Counted from the first letter of the stretch, positions 25,779 through 39,919 are shown. The stretch is 64,000 bases of DNA from Octopus sinensis (GCF_006345805.1 NC_043005.1:43958001-44022000); one strand, 5' to 3'. Notes: generated from the sequence alone by a model not told the origin. Translations and numbers: made by a program.

Positions 25779-25844
25779 TGGAGATATGAAATCTAGTTGT
25801 AAGGATATAAATGATATCAAAAAACATGCGCACATATCTATATA

Positions 25845-25995
25845 TATGATGGGCTTCTTTCAGTTGTCATCTACCAAATGCACTCACAAGGCTTTAGTCA
25901 GCTTGAGATTATAGTAGAAGATACTTGCTCAAGATGCCACACGGTGGGGTTGAACCAAGAACCATGTGCCTGGGAAGCCAGCTTCAAACCACTCA
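25845..25995 (-). mobile_element. SINE family A, 5' half
   Basis: gatgggcttctttcag...cactcacaaggcttt...gggttgaacc. Confidence 0.7.
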
Positions 25996-26079
25996 TCCAT
26001 TGTTTCAGGCATTAGACTGCCACCTGACTGGGGTACTGCATTGATGAACTTTTTGTTGAATGAATTGATCCAGTACTTC

Positions 26080-26117
<38 letters not shown>

Positions 26118-26369
26118 TATATTTCATATCATATCATCCTTATCATCATCCTCAACACCATTTAATGGCCCACCTATGTTATGCTGGCATAGGTTCAACA
26201 GTTCGACAGGAATTGGTGAGCTAGAAAACTGCATCGAGCTCCAATGTCTGTTTTGGCATGTCTATATACACATACATACATACATACAAGCACACAAACA
26301 CATGCACATATACACATAGACACATATATGTATTGATATCATAGATATCTGATTGAAAACTTAGAAGAG

Positions 26370-26745
26370 ACACTCGTCAATCACCTAGGAAACAAATGCT
26401 CTCATCTACTTCTAGAGAACCTCCTGGTTATTTGAAGAAACTTATTGCAAGCTATTCTTCTTCATCTGTTACATACAAAGTTTATCGCCTCTGTTAACAG
26501 GACTGCATCTCCATGGTAGCTTCTGTGCATTAACAGTTTATAGAGGACACACTGTATGGAGTTCCTATGTTCTTACTCTTCACATCAAGTATGGCCATTT
26601 CAACAATGGTAGCAGAGTCTTGTCTTCTTTCCTGTTAACTAGAACTTTAGTCTTTGTTAGATTTACTTGGAGGTTTCCTGATTCTAAGTTTTGCTTCTGC
26701 TGTTTGGAATTTCTTCTCTAACTCTTCACAAGCTTTGGCCTGATG
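26370..26745 (-). mobile_element. Old degraded RTE fragment spanning the RT/finger region
   Basis: EELEKKFQ...LRIR...KTKVL...LEVDESICFLGD aligns to 57370-57740. Confidence 0.6.
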
Positions 26746-27059
26746 TATATGATGAAAACACGTACATAAATACATGTAAATATATACATATAAACATACA
26801 CACATATATATATATATACACATACCATATACATACATATATTATATATAGATATATTATATTATATATATATATATATATATATAATATACATATAATA
26901 TATATGGTGTGTACAAATGTATATATACATACAGAAAGATACATGCATACATAGAAAGATATATAAATATATGAATTTCTGCACATATATATAAATATAT
27001 ACACACACATATACTCACATATATATGTATATATATGTATATATATAGTGTTGTATATA

Positions 27060-27135
<76 letters not shown>

Positions 27136-27621
27136 TAGATATATATGTATATATATATTTATATATTTAAGCGTTTGTGTGTATGTGAGTGTGAGTGTGA
27201 GTGTGTCTGTGTCTGTATCTGTGTGTCTATGGGCATGCGTAAGCACACACATGTGAGTGTTGAAAGTATTAGAGCTAGTAGGTCAATGTTTGTTGGTGGC
27301 TTGATTAGACTTGAATTCACATCTTCATCTTTGCACTTTGCATAGAATTTGCTTCCCTGCACCAGCACCTTTTCCCACCCCTGTAACAATGGAGAAACAA
27401 ATTACATGTTGGCATTCCATTTGTCAATAACTCTTCATAAAATATCAAAGGTCGGGAATTATCCGAGTTGCGCAGTCCATGCTGGTAATAACTGCTTCAT
27501 GTTCGCATACAGTCCTTCAAGAAACTATGGAGTGTACATACAAACACACGTACACAGACTTGCACCCTGACTACATATACAGAAACAAACATACATATGC
27601 ATATACATACATACATATATA

Positions 27622-27664
<43 letters not shown>

Positions 27665-27672
27665 ATATATAT

Positions 27673-27705
<33 letters not shown>

Positions 27706-28209
27706 CTATATATATATGTATATGTATGTATATGTATATATATGTATATATATGGTATATATACATATATATATATATGTGTGTGTATATATATATTTAT
27801 ATATATATATGCATGCATTCATTCATGAGACATGAACACAAACGTGCTCACTCCCTTGTGCATACATCACACACACATGCCCACACATGCACACAAATGT
27901 ACATGCACCTTCTCACAGCTATCTTTTCTTCTTTATTTGCAAAGGTACCATGTGCACAAATGATAGAAACACAATATCACACTTTCTCTCTCTCTCTCAC
28001 TCTCTTTCTCACAAATACACATATGCATGCATAAACAGAGTCACACACACTTCTCTTTTGCTACTGTTCTCGTTAACACACTTATAGGTATATGTAAACA
28101 CACTAATATATATATGTGCATGCTAGTATTATATGTAGATGCGTGTATATATGTATATACATATATATATATATATATACATATATATATGTAATATATA
28201 TATATATAT

Positions 28210-28241
<32 letters not shown>

Positions 28242-28440
28242 GTGTGTAGATGTATATATATATATATGTATATATATATACATATATGTGTATTATATAT
28301 ATATTTATATATATATATATAGATATATATACACATAAGTCATATACATACATATGTGTATGTAGATATGTATATATAATATATGTATATATATATATAT
28401 ATATATAATATATATATACACACACATATATATAGATAGA

Positions 28441-28493
<53 letters not shown>

Positions 28494-28779
28494 ATAAATA
28501 GATAGATAGACAGATTTCCACATTTGTAAATATTTTTTGTTATTTTGTGACACAAGAACATAAGCAGTGCTCAATGCAGCCATGTGTTAGAAGTGTGTAG
28601 AGTATGATAAATATGTCTATTCATATGTAAGGTAAACATGGCTTTATAAGTCTTGCTATAATAAATAAGCCGTGACCCTAATTAGCTTGTTAATCTACTT
28701 TCTATTAAATGTTCTTTCAATCACACAAACAATATTTATCATCCACAAGATATTTTAGTATTTTATCATCTATCTTTTA

Positions 28780-29010
28780 CCTTTTCTATATTTCAGCCAT
28801 TAGACTGCAGCCATGCTGGAGCATCACCTTAAAGACTTCTAGTCAAATGATACGAACCCACCAGGACTCGTTTTTGTTAAGCCTGATACTTACTCTATCA
28901 GTCTCTTTTGCCCAAACTGCCAAGTTATGATGACATAAACACACTCATACTGGTTGTCAAGCAGTGGTGTGGGACAAACACTGACACAAAGACACACACA
29001 CACAAGTATA
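28780..29010 (-). mobile_element. SINE family A, 3' half
   Basis: Inverted relative to the adjacent full copy at 29077-29466. Confidence 0.7.
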
Positions 29011-29026
29011 TATATATATATATATA

Positions 29027-29064
<38 letters not shown>

Positions 29065-29076
29065 GTATATATCACA

Positions 29077-29466
29077 GGAGTGACTGTGTGGTAAGTAGCT
29101 TGCTTACCAACCATATAATTCTGGGGTCAGCCCCACTGCATGGCACCTAGGGCAAATGTCTTCTACTATAGCCTTGGGCCGACCAAAGCCTTTTAAGTGG
29201 ATTTGGTAGAAGGAAACTGAAAGAAGCCCATCGTATATATATATATTTGTGTGTGTGTATATGTTTGTGTGTCTGTGTCTGTCTCCCCCACTGTCACTTG
29301 ACAATCGATGCTGCTATATTTACATCCCCGTAACTTAGCGAGTTAGCACATGAGACCAATAGAATAAGTACTAGGCTTGCAAAGAATAAGTCCTGGGATT
29401 GATTTGTTCAACTAGAAGTGGTGCTCCAGTGTAGCCACAGTCAAATGAGTGAAACAAGTAAAAGAA
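29077..29466 (+). mobile_element. SINE family A, full length
   Basis: ggagtgactgtgtggtaag head, internal (TA)/(TG) tract, tail ggtgctccag...cagtcaaatgagtgaaacaagtaaaag. Confidence 0.85.
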
Positions 29467-29499
29467 CTCACACAGAAATATATATATATATATCTTTAT

Positions 29500-29542
<43 letters not shown>

Positions 29543-30032
29543 GCTTACTCATGACCATCGTCCATCTTTCTTTTCCTGATGTGACCTTTATTTTCCTGCA
29601 TGGACGTTTAAAAAAGTGGACGAGTTTTTCCTTCTCTCTTCTATCTTTTCCTTTTCAAGAAATGTTTCTCCCAGCATTCACTATTTTCCTCTCGTTCTGG
29701 TCTAACAACCCTTTATGTTTGTTTTTGTTTGGTTTCCTTGTATATCTCCACTGTCATTTTTTGTTCCCAACTTTGACCCTCCATAAATCCTAAATTCTAT
29801 TTTAGAACTGATGAGAGCAAATGTCTTTGAAAACTCATAATGTCGTTGAATGCTTCAAATGAAGAGTAGATAGACAGCCAACAACTGATGAATGGTCCTT
29901 TCTCTGTGTTAAGTTGTCCTGCTTTCCAATTTTTCTTGTTGATTATGTACGTATTTCACCCATTTTCCCCCGTTAGTTTACGTATTTCATGTTATTTGCA
30001 CCGTTGGTGACGTCCTGTAGCCATATATATGC

Positions 30033-30066
<34 letters not shown>

Positions 30067-30211
30067 AAAGCAATTAAGATTTAAGTCAATTCTAATGAAT
30101 TTACTTGAATGTGGTACTTAACTTAGATGCACCAGAAAACTATATGGTGTTAACCATACAGTAATGTGGGGGTGATTATAAACGAGAAAGTAGCAACAAG
30201 AATGGATTAGT

Positions 30212-30302
30212 TTTTAGTACAATTGTTTCATACAAAGACAGGCTTTATTAAAAGTTGCAAATATTGCAGCAGATAAAAGTGTCCCGTACTCATCAGCTAA
30301 AA
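30212..30302 (-). ncRNA. Identical mirror copy of the HHR in the left arm
   Basis: Exact reverse complement of 30995-31085. Confidence 0.8.
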
Positions 30303-30994
30303 CACATATGAGTTCTTCAAACATCTTAGTGGGTGAGGCTACACTCATGAAGTATTGGAGATAATTTCATTAAAAGCAGATTTAGGTTGTAAACAGACTT
30401 CCGAAGTTCTTTAATGATGATGCACAGTCTTATCACAGGTTTTTAAAAAAAGCTTATTAGCTTCACAGAGAAGGTGAATTAATCCGTAGTGTAGATGTAA
30501 AATTCCAGAGATATGAGGAGGAATTTCATACTCACAGACGATGAAATTATCCATGGTTAATCCACAATGAGGTGGGTATAATTTCATGCTATATGATAAG
30601 ATATTTGTCACATTACTGTTCTCTTCACAAAACTGCTATGTTATCATAGCAGATAACATAGCAGTCTTGTGAAGAGAACAGTAATGTGACAAATACCTTA
30701 TCATATAGCATGAAATTATACCCACCTCATTGTGGATTAACCATGGATAATTTCATCGTCTGTGAGTATGAAATTCCTCCTCATATCTCTGGAATTTTAC
30801 ATCTACACTACGGATTAATTCACCTTCTCTGTGAAGCTAATAAGCTTTTTTTAAAAACCTGTGATAAGACTGTGCATCATCATTAAAGAAATTCGGAAGT
30901 CTGTTTACAACCTAAATCTGCTTTTAATGAAATTATCTCCAATACTTCATGAGTGTAGCCTCACCCACTAAGATGTTTGAAGAACTCATATGTG

Positions 30995-31085
30995 TTTTAG
31001 CTGATGAGTACGGGACACTTTTATCTGCTGCAATATTTGCAACTTTTAATAAAGCCTGTCTTTGTATGAAACAATTGTACTAAAA
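30995..31085 (+). ncRNA. Type I hammerhead ribozyme with long stem II
   Basis: TTTTAG-CTGATGA-GTACGGGAC...GTCTTTGTAT-GAAA-CAATTG-TA-CTAAAA; stem I 6 bp perfect; palindromic stem III ACAATTGT; GUA triplet, predicted cleavage after 31079. Confidence 0.8.
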
Positions 31086-31871
31086 ACTAATCCATTCTTG
31101 TTGCTACTTTCTCGTATATATATATATATATATATACATATATTATTTATTATTTAATTGAATGTGATGCTTTTATTTCCAAGTATATATATATATATAT
31201 ATATATATAAAGTGAGAGAGAGAGAGAGAGCAATAAGAAAATGGAGGGGATCAATAGGTGGTATTCTTCAACTTTTAGACATTATATTATGTCAATTTAT
31301 TTATTTATTTACTAAAAGGACAATTATAACAATATACATACATGTATAACATATTATGCTTTACATATATAATATATAAAAAATATAATAATATCAGTAA
31401 TTATTAAAATATATAACATATAGCAACAGAAATTGGGATAATATCTTACAGCTGTTTCAGCCAAGAGGCAAAAATACTTCATTCTACCTTTATCCCTCCA
31501 GTAGACTGAAGTAATTAATAGATGAAATTGAGGTAGTTGGGTGTTTCTGTAAGCTTCGTCAGAGATTTTAGAAAGTACATAAGGTTCAGTTATAAATATA
31601 AACACTAATATACATACTTTTACATATACATAAGTATATACAAATACATATATACATATACCTACACTTAAATGTACATGCATATTTGCATGTATATGCA
31701 TACAAATAAATCAATTACTATTATTATTATTAGATGCATTATAATTCATATTAGATAAAATATAAACAGAGGTATGAGAAAGTTATAAGAGGAGTAATAT
31801 TGTAATTTATAAAATCAATATATCTTAAAGTTATTTTAGTTATGTAAGGATGAAACTTATATACACGAGGA

Positions 31872-31904
<33 letters not shown>

Positions 31905-32022
31905 GACACACACACACATATACATATATATTTCCGCACAAACATACTCATAGGGACATACATATTAGATGTGTTTAGAAAGGAGGATAAATGTGGTAGT
32001 TCGTATCATTATGATTATATAA

Positions 32023-32527
32023 TCTATATATATAAAACTGTAGTTGTGTGAGTGTCTGTCCCCTTCGATTTAGATTCCTAACTCCTCCCACATTTTGCGG
32101 TGCAGTTTAACCAAATTCGGGTATCTTATAGTCGTGATTAATATCGAGCCCGTCTGGCTATTAGTGTGCGTCTACGATGAGTCTACGATTTTAAAAATAA
32201 TTAACATCATTTTTTATTCCATTTTAATGCATAATTTTTCGTGTGTCGATGGCGGCGGAGTTGGCGTCCATGGTCACACCTGCACCTGTTGCTTCTCCCC
32301 CTTCTTCCCTCCCTCGTGAAGCTGTGGGGAAGGAGTGTAGGATATCAACGTCGTAAAGCGTTGTCAAGGAGACCAGCGTTCTTTTAGAACACAACTTCAT
32401 GGCTTGAGACACCAAACAGAAATGGCTAAGAAAGCCCGAATTGGCATCTATAAGGGAAGTAACTCTCTAAAAATGCTTATATAGTATTTCCCTTACAAAC
32501 CCGAGCAACGCCGGGCGATACTGCTAG
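32023..32527 (+). mobile_element. Non-autonomous Helitron (505 bp)
   Basis: 5' TC, 3' CTAG, subterminal hairpin cccgagcaacgccggg (32500-32515); inserted between A (32022) and T (32528) with no TSD. Confidence 0.85.
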
Positions 32528-33178
32528 TATAATTATAAAAATAATACACAAACTTATATATATTTTCATATAAACATGTGATATGTTTATTTCTCTGTTA
32601 TTTAAAAAAAATTATTATATGCAGGGCTTATTTCAGTTTCTGTCAACTAAATCTATTCATAAGATTTTGGTCAACCAAAGGGTGGAGTAGAAGATAATAC
32701 AAATTCTCTGATAATTCTCAAAGAGGCTGAAACATGTCCAAGGTTTCCTCATGTATTTTGAAAATGTATTATCAATCATTGACAAATGTTGTTTTTCTCT
32801 CACAAGACACTAAATCCTAGTTTAACTTTTCAAAATTCCAAGTGATCAACACGCTTTCATTCATTGATTGCTATTTATCAGGTAACTGGTTCTTCAAAAT
32901 TATTTGTGAATACCTTGCTTTACATAGATTATTGTTATCATTCATTAGAATGGTAAATTATTAATATTGGCTTAGTTAGCAAAGTACTAAGCTGGTGTGT
33001 TTAATATTTTGTTACATAGCTCTACATTTTGATTTCAAGTCCTGCTTAAGTTGATTAAACATGTAGCAGTCAATTACTGAGATTGATATAATCAATTCTA
33101 TAATAATCAAATCCATAGACAATGACTATGTAACTATAATAGAAATCATAATCTCTTCAGCATTATTATTATTATTAT

Positions 33179-33216
<38 letters not shown>

Positions 33217-33544
33217 TTATTAAACTAGTACATGCTAATTTAATTAGCAGGTATTTTATCTTGAAGTTTGGGGACAATAAATCTCCTCAAATCCTAAGAA
33301 TCTTTCTTAAGATTCTTGCAGAACTTAGAAAAGTACTTTTCTGCAGATCAGCAATGCAAGTTTCAATTCCAATCATTTTCAGTCTTTTAGGTAGCATTTT
33401 CAGTGTTGTTCCAATTGTTGTACTAGTTTTCCACAGTCTTTTCAGAAGCACAACAAAATTTGTTTCAACATATGAATACACATAAATAATCTTTCAAACC
33501 AGATACAAAAGTGAAATACATACATATATATATATATATATATG

Positions 33545-33930
33545 AGCAAAACGCCCCCCGTCCAGTGGATGGTGCTGAGTTGTCAAACATTTAAACTAAA
33601 TTTTCTCAAAACAACTTGTCTGACTGTCCCATAGGCCTCCCATTTGAGAAACACTGATTTAACCTAAATTTGAGACACTGTGCATTTTTCTCGCATAATC
33701 ATAGTATCGATCGCAACAGCTGATGTACTTGCACATGCAAATGCACGTTCCCATGGCTTTATCAATCGAATTCTCACCTGGAATCGATTTTTGTAATTTT
33801 TTCAAGATTATACACGCCCTGATACCATTGGTATCTACATATCAAATTTGAGTGCAATCAGATGGAGGATGCCCAAGATCCTAGAAGACACACACAGACA
33901 GACAGAACGGATTTTATATAATATATATAC
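33545..33930 (+). mobile_element. Possible Helentron-associated (HINE-like) non-autonomous element
   Basis: atcaaatttgagtgcaatcagatg...(ACAG)n...ggattttatataat 3' architecture resembles HINE/DINE-type elements. Confidence 0.35.
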
Positions 33931-34538
33931 ATTACAGGGACTTATATGTCATAATATTAGTCTTTTTTTTTTCATGTCGATATACAATGAAGGCTTATAA
34001 TTCTATTTACAAAATTTCACTCACCACCATTTCCTAATTCACACAGAATTCACATTTTAACAAATGTATATATACATGTACATATGTAAGTGTGGTGTGT
34101 GTGTGTGTGTGTGTCTGTGTGTATCATCATCATCAGAAGCAGCAGCACTTAACATCCACCTTCCATACTGGTATGGGTGGGACAGTTTGACAGGAGCCAG
34201 CCTGGCAGAAGCCCTTCCTAACACCAACCACTCAGCAGAGTGGACTGTATATATATATATATACAGTTAATAGATGAGATCCAGAGATTCTCAGTATAGA
34301 AGACACTTAGTAGCACTCAAATGGTACAAACTAAACTCTGATGTCATTACTGGGGATTGATTCCGCAAAGTAAAGAATGGTTATAAGAGGGATCAAGTTG
34401 AGCAAATATGGAGGCAATTATACGGATAAACAAATCAAATATATCAAATATAACAGCTTGGGTACCAAATACAATATATATATATACATATATATATATA
34501 TTTATACATGCAAAATGAGGGAAATCAATAGGTGGAGG

Positions 34539-34688
34539 CTTTCAGATGATGAATATTTAAGTATAAATATTTAGATATTTATATTAATAGATCCAATTTG
34601 ATTTTCTCTGTCATTTGTACTCTGTGTAAGTTGGATCTATTAATATGAATATCTATATTTATACTTAAATATTCATCATCTGAAAGCA
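34539..34688. mobile_element. ~150-bp fold-back MITE
   Basis: gctttcagatgatgaatatttaagtataaatat...atattaatagatccaa is mirrored by ttggatctattaatat...atttatacttaaatattcatcatctgaaagc; the right arm recurs at ~47993-48150. Confidence 0.75.
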
Positions 34689-34820
34689 TTCATCTATTAC
34701 AATCCCTTGTTTTGCATGTATTCATAAAGATATGTATTTTGTATTTCATACCCTAGCTGTTATATTTAATATGTTTAATTTGTTTATCTGCATAATTGCC
34801 TTCTGTTGATATATATATAT

Positions 34821-34892
<72 letters not shown>

Positions 34893-34996
34893 CATCATAT
34901 CATTAACGTCCGCTTTCCATGCTAGCATGGTAAGCGCCTATTAATAATAATACTTAATTGTTCCATTGTGTTGTTTTTTTGTTTTCCCGTTGGATT

Positions 34997-35034
<38 letters not shown>

Positions 35035-35197
35035 TATATAATATATATATATAACGTATATGTATATATGTATGTATGTATGTATGTATATATATATATG
35101 TATGCATGATGTATGTAGTATTATATTATATGTATATATATGTATATTATTAATATAATATATCTAGATAGATAGATAGATAGCTAGATAGAGAGAT

Positions 35198-35229
<32 letters not shown>

Positions 35230-35558
35230 CATGTAATATTATATATATGTATGTTTGTGTTTGTGTGTGTATACAGAGAGAGAGAATAGAGAGAGAGAGA
35301 GAGACTGAGGCTACCGCATGAGCCACTGGTGTAAGCTGCAATGCAGTGGTACTGATCCTGGTGACTGGGAAGAGCACGTAGAGTACATTGAATAATTACG
35401 CTTTATCATCAAGCTTTGAGTACATTTTCCCTTGTTCCTATAATGCAAAATACATACAAACATAATTACTTGCATCTACATAAGTATTATTTCATTCTTT
35501 TATTTTCTTGCTTATTTCATTCATTTGACTGCAGCCATGCAGAGACAAAGACAGAAAC

Positions 35559-35610
<52 letters not shown>

Positions 35611-35840
35611 AAGGAGAGGACGAGAGAGAGAAGAGAGAGAGAGATAGAGAGAGAGAGAGGAGAGAGAGAGGTGGGGAGACAGACCACCATATGAGAGAGA
35701 AACAGAGACTGGGGCAAGCGGTAAGAGAAAAAGAGGGGCCAATAGTGAAATAGAGAATAAGTAGATAAAAGGATAAGAGTGATAATAGTCATGGCCAATC
35801 AGATAAAAATGCGTGAATATATATATGTATGTATATATAT

Positions 35841-35878
<38 letters not shown>

Positions 35879-36276
35879 GTATTATATGTATATTGTGTAT
35901 ATATGTATATATATATATATATATAATATATATACAGATATATATATATAGATATATATATTATATATTTATATATACATATATATTTATTTTAAATACT
36001 TATATGTATCCTTCTGTATGTGCATATATATATATATATATATATGTATTTATATATACATACTTATATATGTATCCTTCTGTATGTGCAATATATATAT
36101 AATATATAAACTAAACTGTAAAATTTATATTATTAAAAAATTAAAAAATAATAAATTAAACTGATTAGAACTACCAGTGAAGTCATTCTTTCTTTTTTTC
36201 AAATATATAAAATATAAATATATGTAAAATATTTATATATAATAAACACACACACATGTGTGTGTATAATATACAT

Positions 36277-36341
<65 letters not shown>

Positions 36342-36867
36342 AAATATATATATAAATATATATAGTTCATGTATCAATTCAATACACACCTGAAACAGGC
36401 TACTAATAGTTTCATGCTCCCATGATACTTGAACATAAAAATATGTCATATATAATTTCTAAAAACAGGGACACTGGAGAGTGACAAAATAAGAAGAGAA
36501 AAGACATGGGAAAGATGTGAAGATGATGAGTGCAGAAAATGGAATGAGAAGAAAGAAAGAAATGAAATCAAGAAAACTAAGATCCTCGTGCCCCCTGATA
36601 GCAGAAAGTTCATTAAATACAACTGGTATTGAACAAAATAACAGAAAATATGTCAAAGTCTTCAATCCAGAGCAGATGGTGTCCTCCAATTTGATAAAAG
36701 AAACTTGTCCATTTGTTTATGACTGCTAGAAATTTCAAACCTGGAATTAAGTAATGTATTGGAATTGCTGAATGAAAGAATATGATATATATAAATATAG
36801 TTTATCCTGTCTCCCTCCAACTTTTAGTTCATGCAATTGAAAAACCGCATTATATATGGGATGACCC

Positions 36868-36903
<36 letters not shown>

Positions 36904-37075
36904 TGTATGTATGTATGTATGTATGTATGTTTGTATGTATGTATGCATTTATGTATATAAATAAAGAGAGAGGTGGGGTAGATAGATAGATAGATAGATA
37001 GATAGATATACATGTAAGCTGAGTTGAAATGCATATTTATGTAGATATGCAAGTGTGTTTTTGTGTACCATGCTC

Positions 37076-37113
<38 letters not shown>

Positions 37114-38084
37114 ACAGATGCACACATACAAGCACACATGAATTCGTTATATTTCAAAAATTAGATATCTGTTATGCTTCATCTTATCAGTTATCTTTTA
37201 ATTTCATTTTTGTTTCCCTCTTAGCATTATACTATGTCATTTTATACTCTTCTTTTCTGTAGTTTTAGTTTGGAACATTCTCTGTCTAATGCAATTGCTA
37301 TAAACAGCACTTGAGGCACTTTACGTAGCCTTAGAAATATGTTTTTATTGTTCATAAACTCTTGGCATTGACTGGTCACATCAAACAAATACAAATTGAC
37401 AGATCTAAACAGTCTATGTCATTATTTTACTTTATAGCTTCATTTTATTAATATACTTATATTAAAACTACACATACATTTAACTGTACATCCTCAAAGC
37501 AACACTGATATATAACTAAATATGTCAAATACATATCTACATACATATTTTAATTATTTTTAAAATATTTGTTTAGTATATCTTTGAAATATATTTTTAG
37601 CCCACCTGTACATTTGATGTGTGCGTATACGCATGTGCACATGTGTGTGTGTGTGTGTGTATGTGTTACAATATTATATTTTATGATTATAAAGATATCA
37701 AACAATTATTGTCCAAAGGGATTTTATATCTGACTTTCTAAGTTTATTTAAGTTTATCGCATAAGTTTATCTATATCTCTTCTTATCAGCATGTGTTGAT
37801 ATCAAATTTCAAGTTTATACTTCTAAATTTCATTTGATATAGTTTACTTCTATTAACTAATAGCGCTTCTAACTGAGATTGTAAAAATACATTTTATGAA
37901 AGATGTCCTTCATCATCATCATCATCATTACCATTGACATCACCATCATCATTTAACATCTGACTTTCATGCTGGCATGGCTTGGACAAAGCTTGTATAT
38001 ATAGGCAGCAATGAGTGGTCTATACTTTGTTGAGGTCAAATAATGCTGCATCACTTCTCACCTGCATGTTTCCAACCGAAGGAG

Positions 38085-38495
38085 CCAAGCTGGTAGAAAT
38101 GTTAGCATGCTGGGCAAAATGCTAAGCTGATGTTCAAATTCTTCAGTGGTTAATTTTGCCTTTCATCCATTCTGAGTCGATAAAATAAGTACCAGTTGAG
38201 CACTGGGTTCGATTTAATTAACTCAGCCCCACCCCCGGAATTGCTGGCCTTGTGCTAAAATTTTAAATTAATATTTCATCAAGAGAATATGGTGTGCTGG
38301 CAGAATCATTAGCATGCCAGGCAAAATACTTAGCAGCTTTTTGTCTGCCACTACACTTTGAGTTCAAATTCTGCCAGGATCAACTTTGCCTATCATCCTT
38401 TCAGGTCCATAAAATGAATACCAGTTGAGCAGTGGGGTCAATGTAATCGATTTATCTCCTCCCCTAAACTTGCTGGCCTTATGCCAAAATTTTAA
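38085..38495 (+). mobile_element. Tandem pair of SINE family B
   Basis: Two direct copies, ~38085-38280 and ~38295-38495. Confidence 0.75.
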
Positions 38496-38505
38496 GCCGG
38501 TTTCT

Positions 38506-39693
38506 GACTGAAATTTCAGGAGCTCTTTCTTTGGTGCTTTTGAAATTAATGTTCCGTAATGCTAATGAATTTTTGGTTTCTTTTCTCATTATAGTTATGA
38601 CTTTATTTGATTAAAAATGTTTCTTGGTCTCTTATAATATTTATAAGTCCATTTGCATTTCTAGACATCTATCATCTTCTGAATGAGAAGATGATAGTTG
38701 TGTATTTTTGTATTGTCACACATCTTTTATAGTTGGCAGCAGGTATCATAGGAATAATGCAGTCATTAATAAAATCCTCAGTACTATATTTAAGATATCT
38801 AAGCCTTAACTGCAAGTTACTATGCGATAAATGTATCTCTTGTCCAGCACTGTCAACTATATCATTACTAAATGATATCAGTGACAAAGGCAATATTAAT
38901 ACCCATAGATAATATTTATCTCCACTTAAATGTGAATGTTCTGTTAGAAGAAATTATATTTCAGCAGTGATATAAACAAGAGTACATTTTTGCACTGAAA
39001 GCCAATATGAGAGTTTCTGTCATGGTATCTACTGCAGTTTGTTTTAACAGAACATCCAAATTTGAGTGGGGATAAATATTACGTCTCAGTATTAATACTG
39101 CCACTGTGGCTAATATATATTTATTAACAAGCTACCAGGCTAATCAAGACACTAGTGCCTGTTCAGCATTGTTTTCTATATATCGCTGGCAGGGAGAGAT
39201 GAATTGCTGCTATCTCTAGTGATTGAGCATCCATCACTGACGAGACCAAGGAAGGTTGAAATCATGTGATCTGGTGGTCTTGGTGCTGGAGGTAGTGAGG
39301 GCTTATCTCCTGGTTAGAAATATAAACATGAGTAGATTTTGCACTAAAAGCCTGTATTAGAGTTTTGTGGTATCCACTGCAGTATAGCTTGTTCTGACAG
39401 AACATCCATGTTTAAGTGGGGATAAATATTATCCTGCCACTCCTTCCCACCCACTCCCTCTCTCCTGAATATTTTATCCTTCCCCAACTCATGACTCATT
39501 GGTCATCACCCTTCAGCTCAGCCCAGCCTTTTTACAGTTGCAGATGACAAATGGACTTAAGAACATTATAAGAGGCCAAGAAACATTTTTTAATCAATTA
39601 AAGTCGTAACTATAATGAGAAAAATAAAAATTCATTAGCATTATTGAATATTAATTTCAAAAGTGCCAATGAAAGTATCCCTGAAGTTTCAGT
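38506..39693. mobile_element. Element bounded by ~150-bp inverted repeats
   Basis: 38506-38656 is the reverse complement of 39547-39693 (e.g. ttttctcattatagttatgacttt / aaagtcgtaactataatgagaaaa). Confidence 0.75.
38907..39434. mobile_element. MITE with GG(A/T)AATATTTATCTCCACTTAAA-type TIRs, copy 1
   Basis: Left TIR ataatatttatctccacttaaa; right TIR present twice (ending ~39080 and 39434); same family as 61079-62054. Confidence 0.7.
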
Positions 39694-39919
39694 TGACCAA
39701 ATATTAAATGGAAACATGCAGAAAAGAATTAATTTGGCATTATTTTGACCTCAACAAAATATAAACCACTTACTGCTGCCAAAACATATAAACATTGTCC
39801 AAGTCATGCCAACATGGAAATCAAATGTTAAATGATGATGACAATGGCAAAGATAATGATGATGATGACGACAACGACAATGATGACGACGATGACAAAG
39901 GTGATGGTGGTGATGACAG

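Larger units (their letters stand above)
30182..31115. repeat. 934-bp near-perfect palindrome (464-bp arms, 6-nt loop)
   Basis: Arms 30182-30645 and 30652-31115 compared base by base: three mismatched pairs (30406/30891, 30601/30696, 30631/30666), no indels; loop ATAGCA. Confidence 0.97.

Noticed and set aside
29800-29900. Two CTGATGA motifs in a pyrimidine-rich repeat
   Set aside because: The first lacks stem I/III pairing and the second has no GAAA; possibly a decayed PLE terminus, not supportable
30411-30886. Two nearly identical 66-aa ORFs on opposite strands
   Set aside because: A by-product of the palindrome; no recognisable domain (only a vague resemblance to a GIY-YIG C-terminus that I cannot support)
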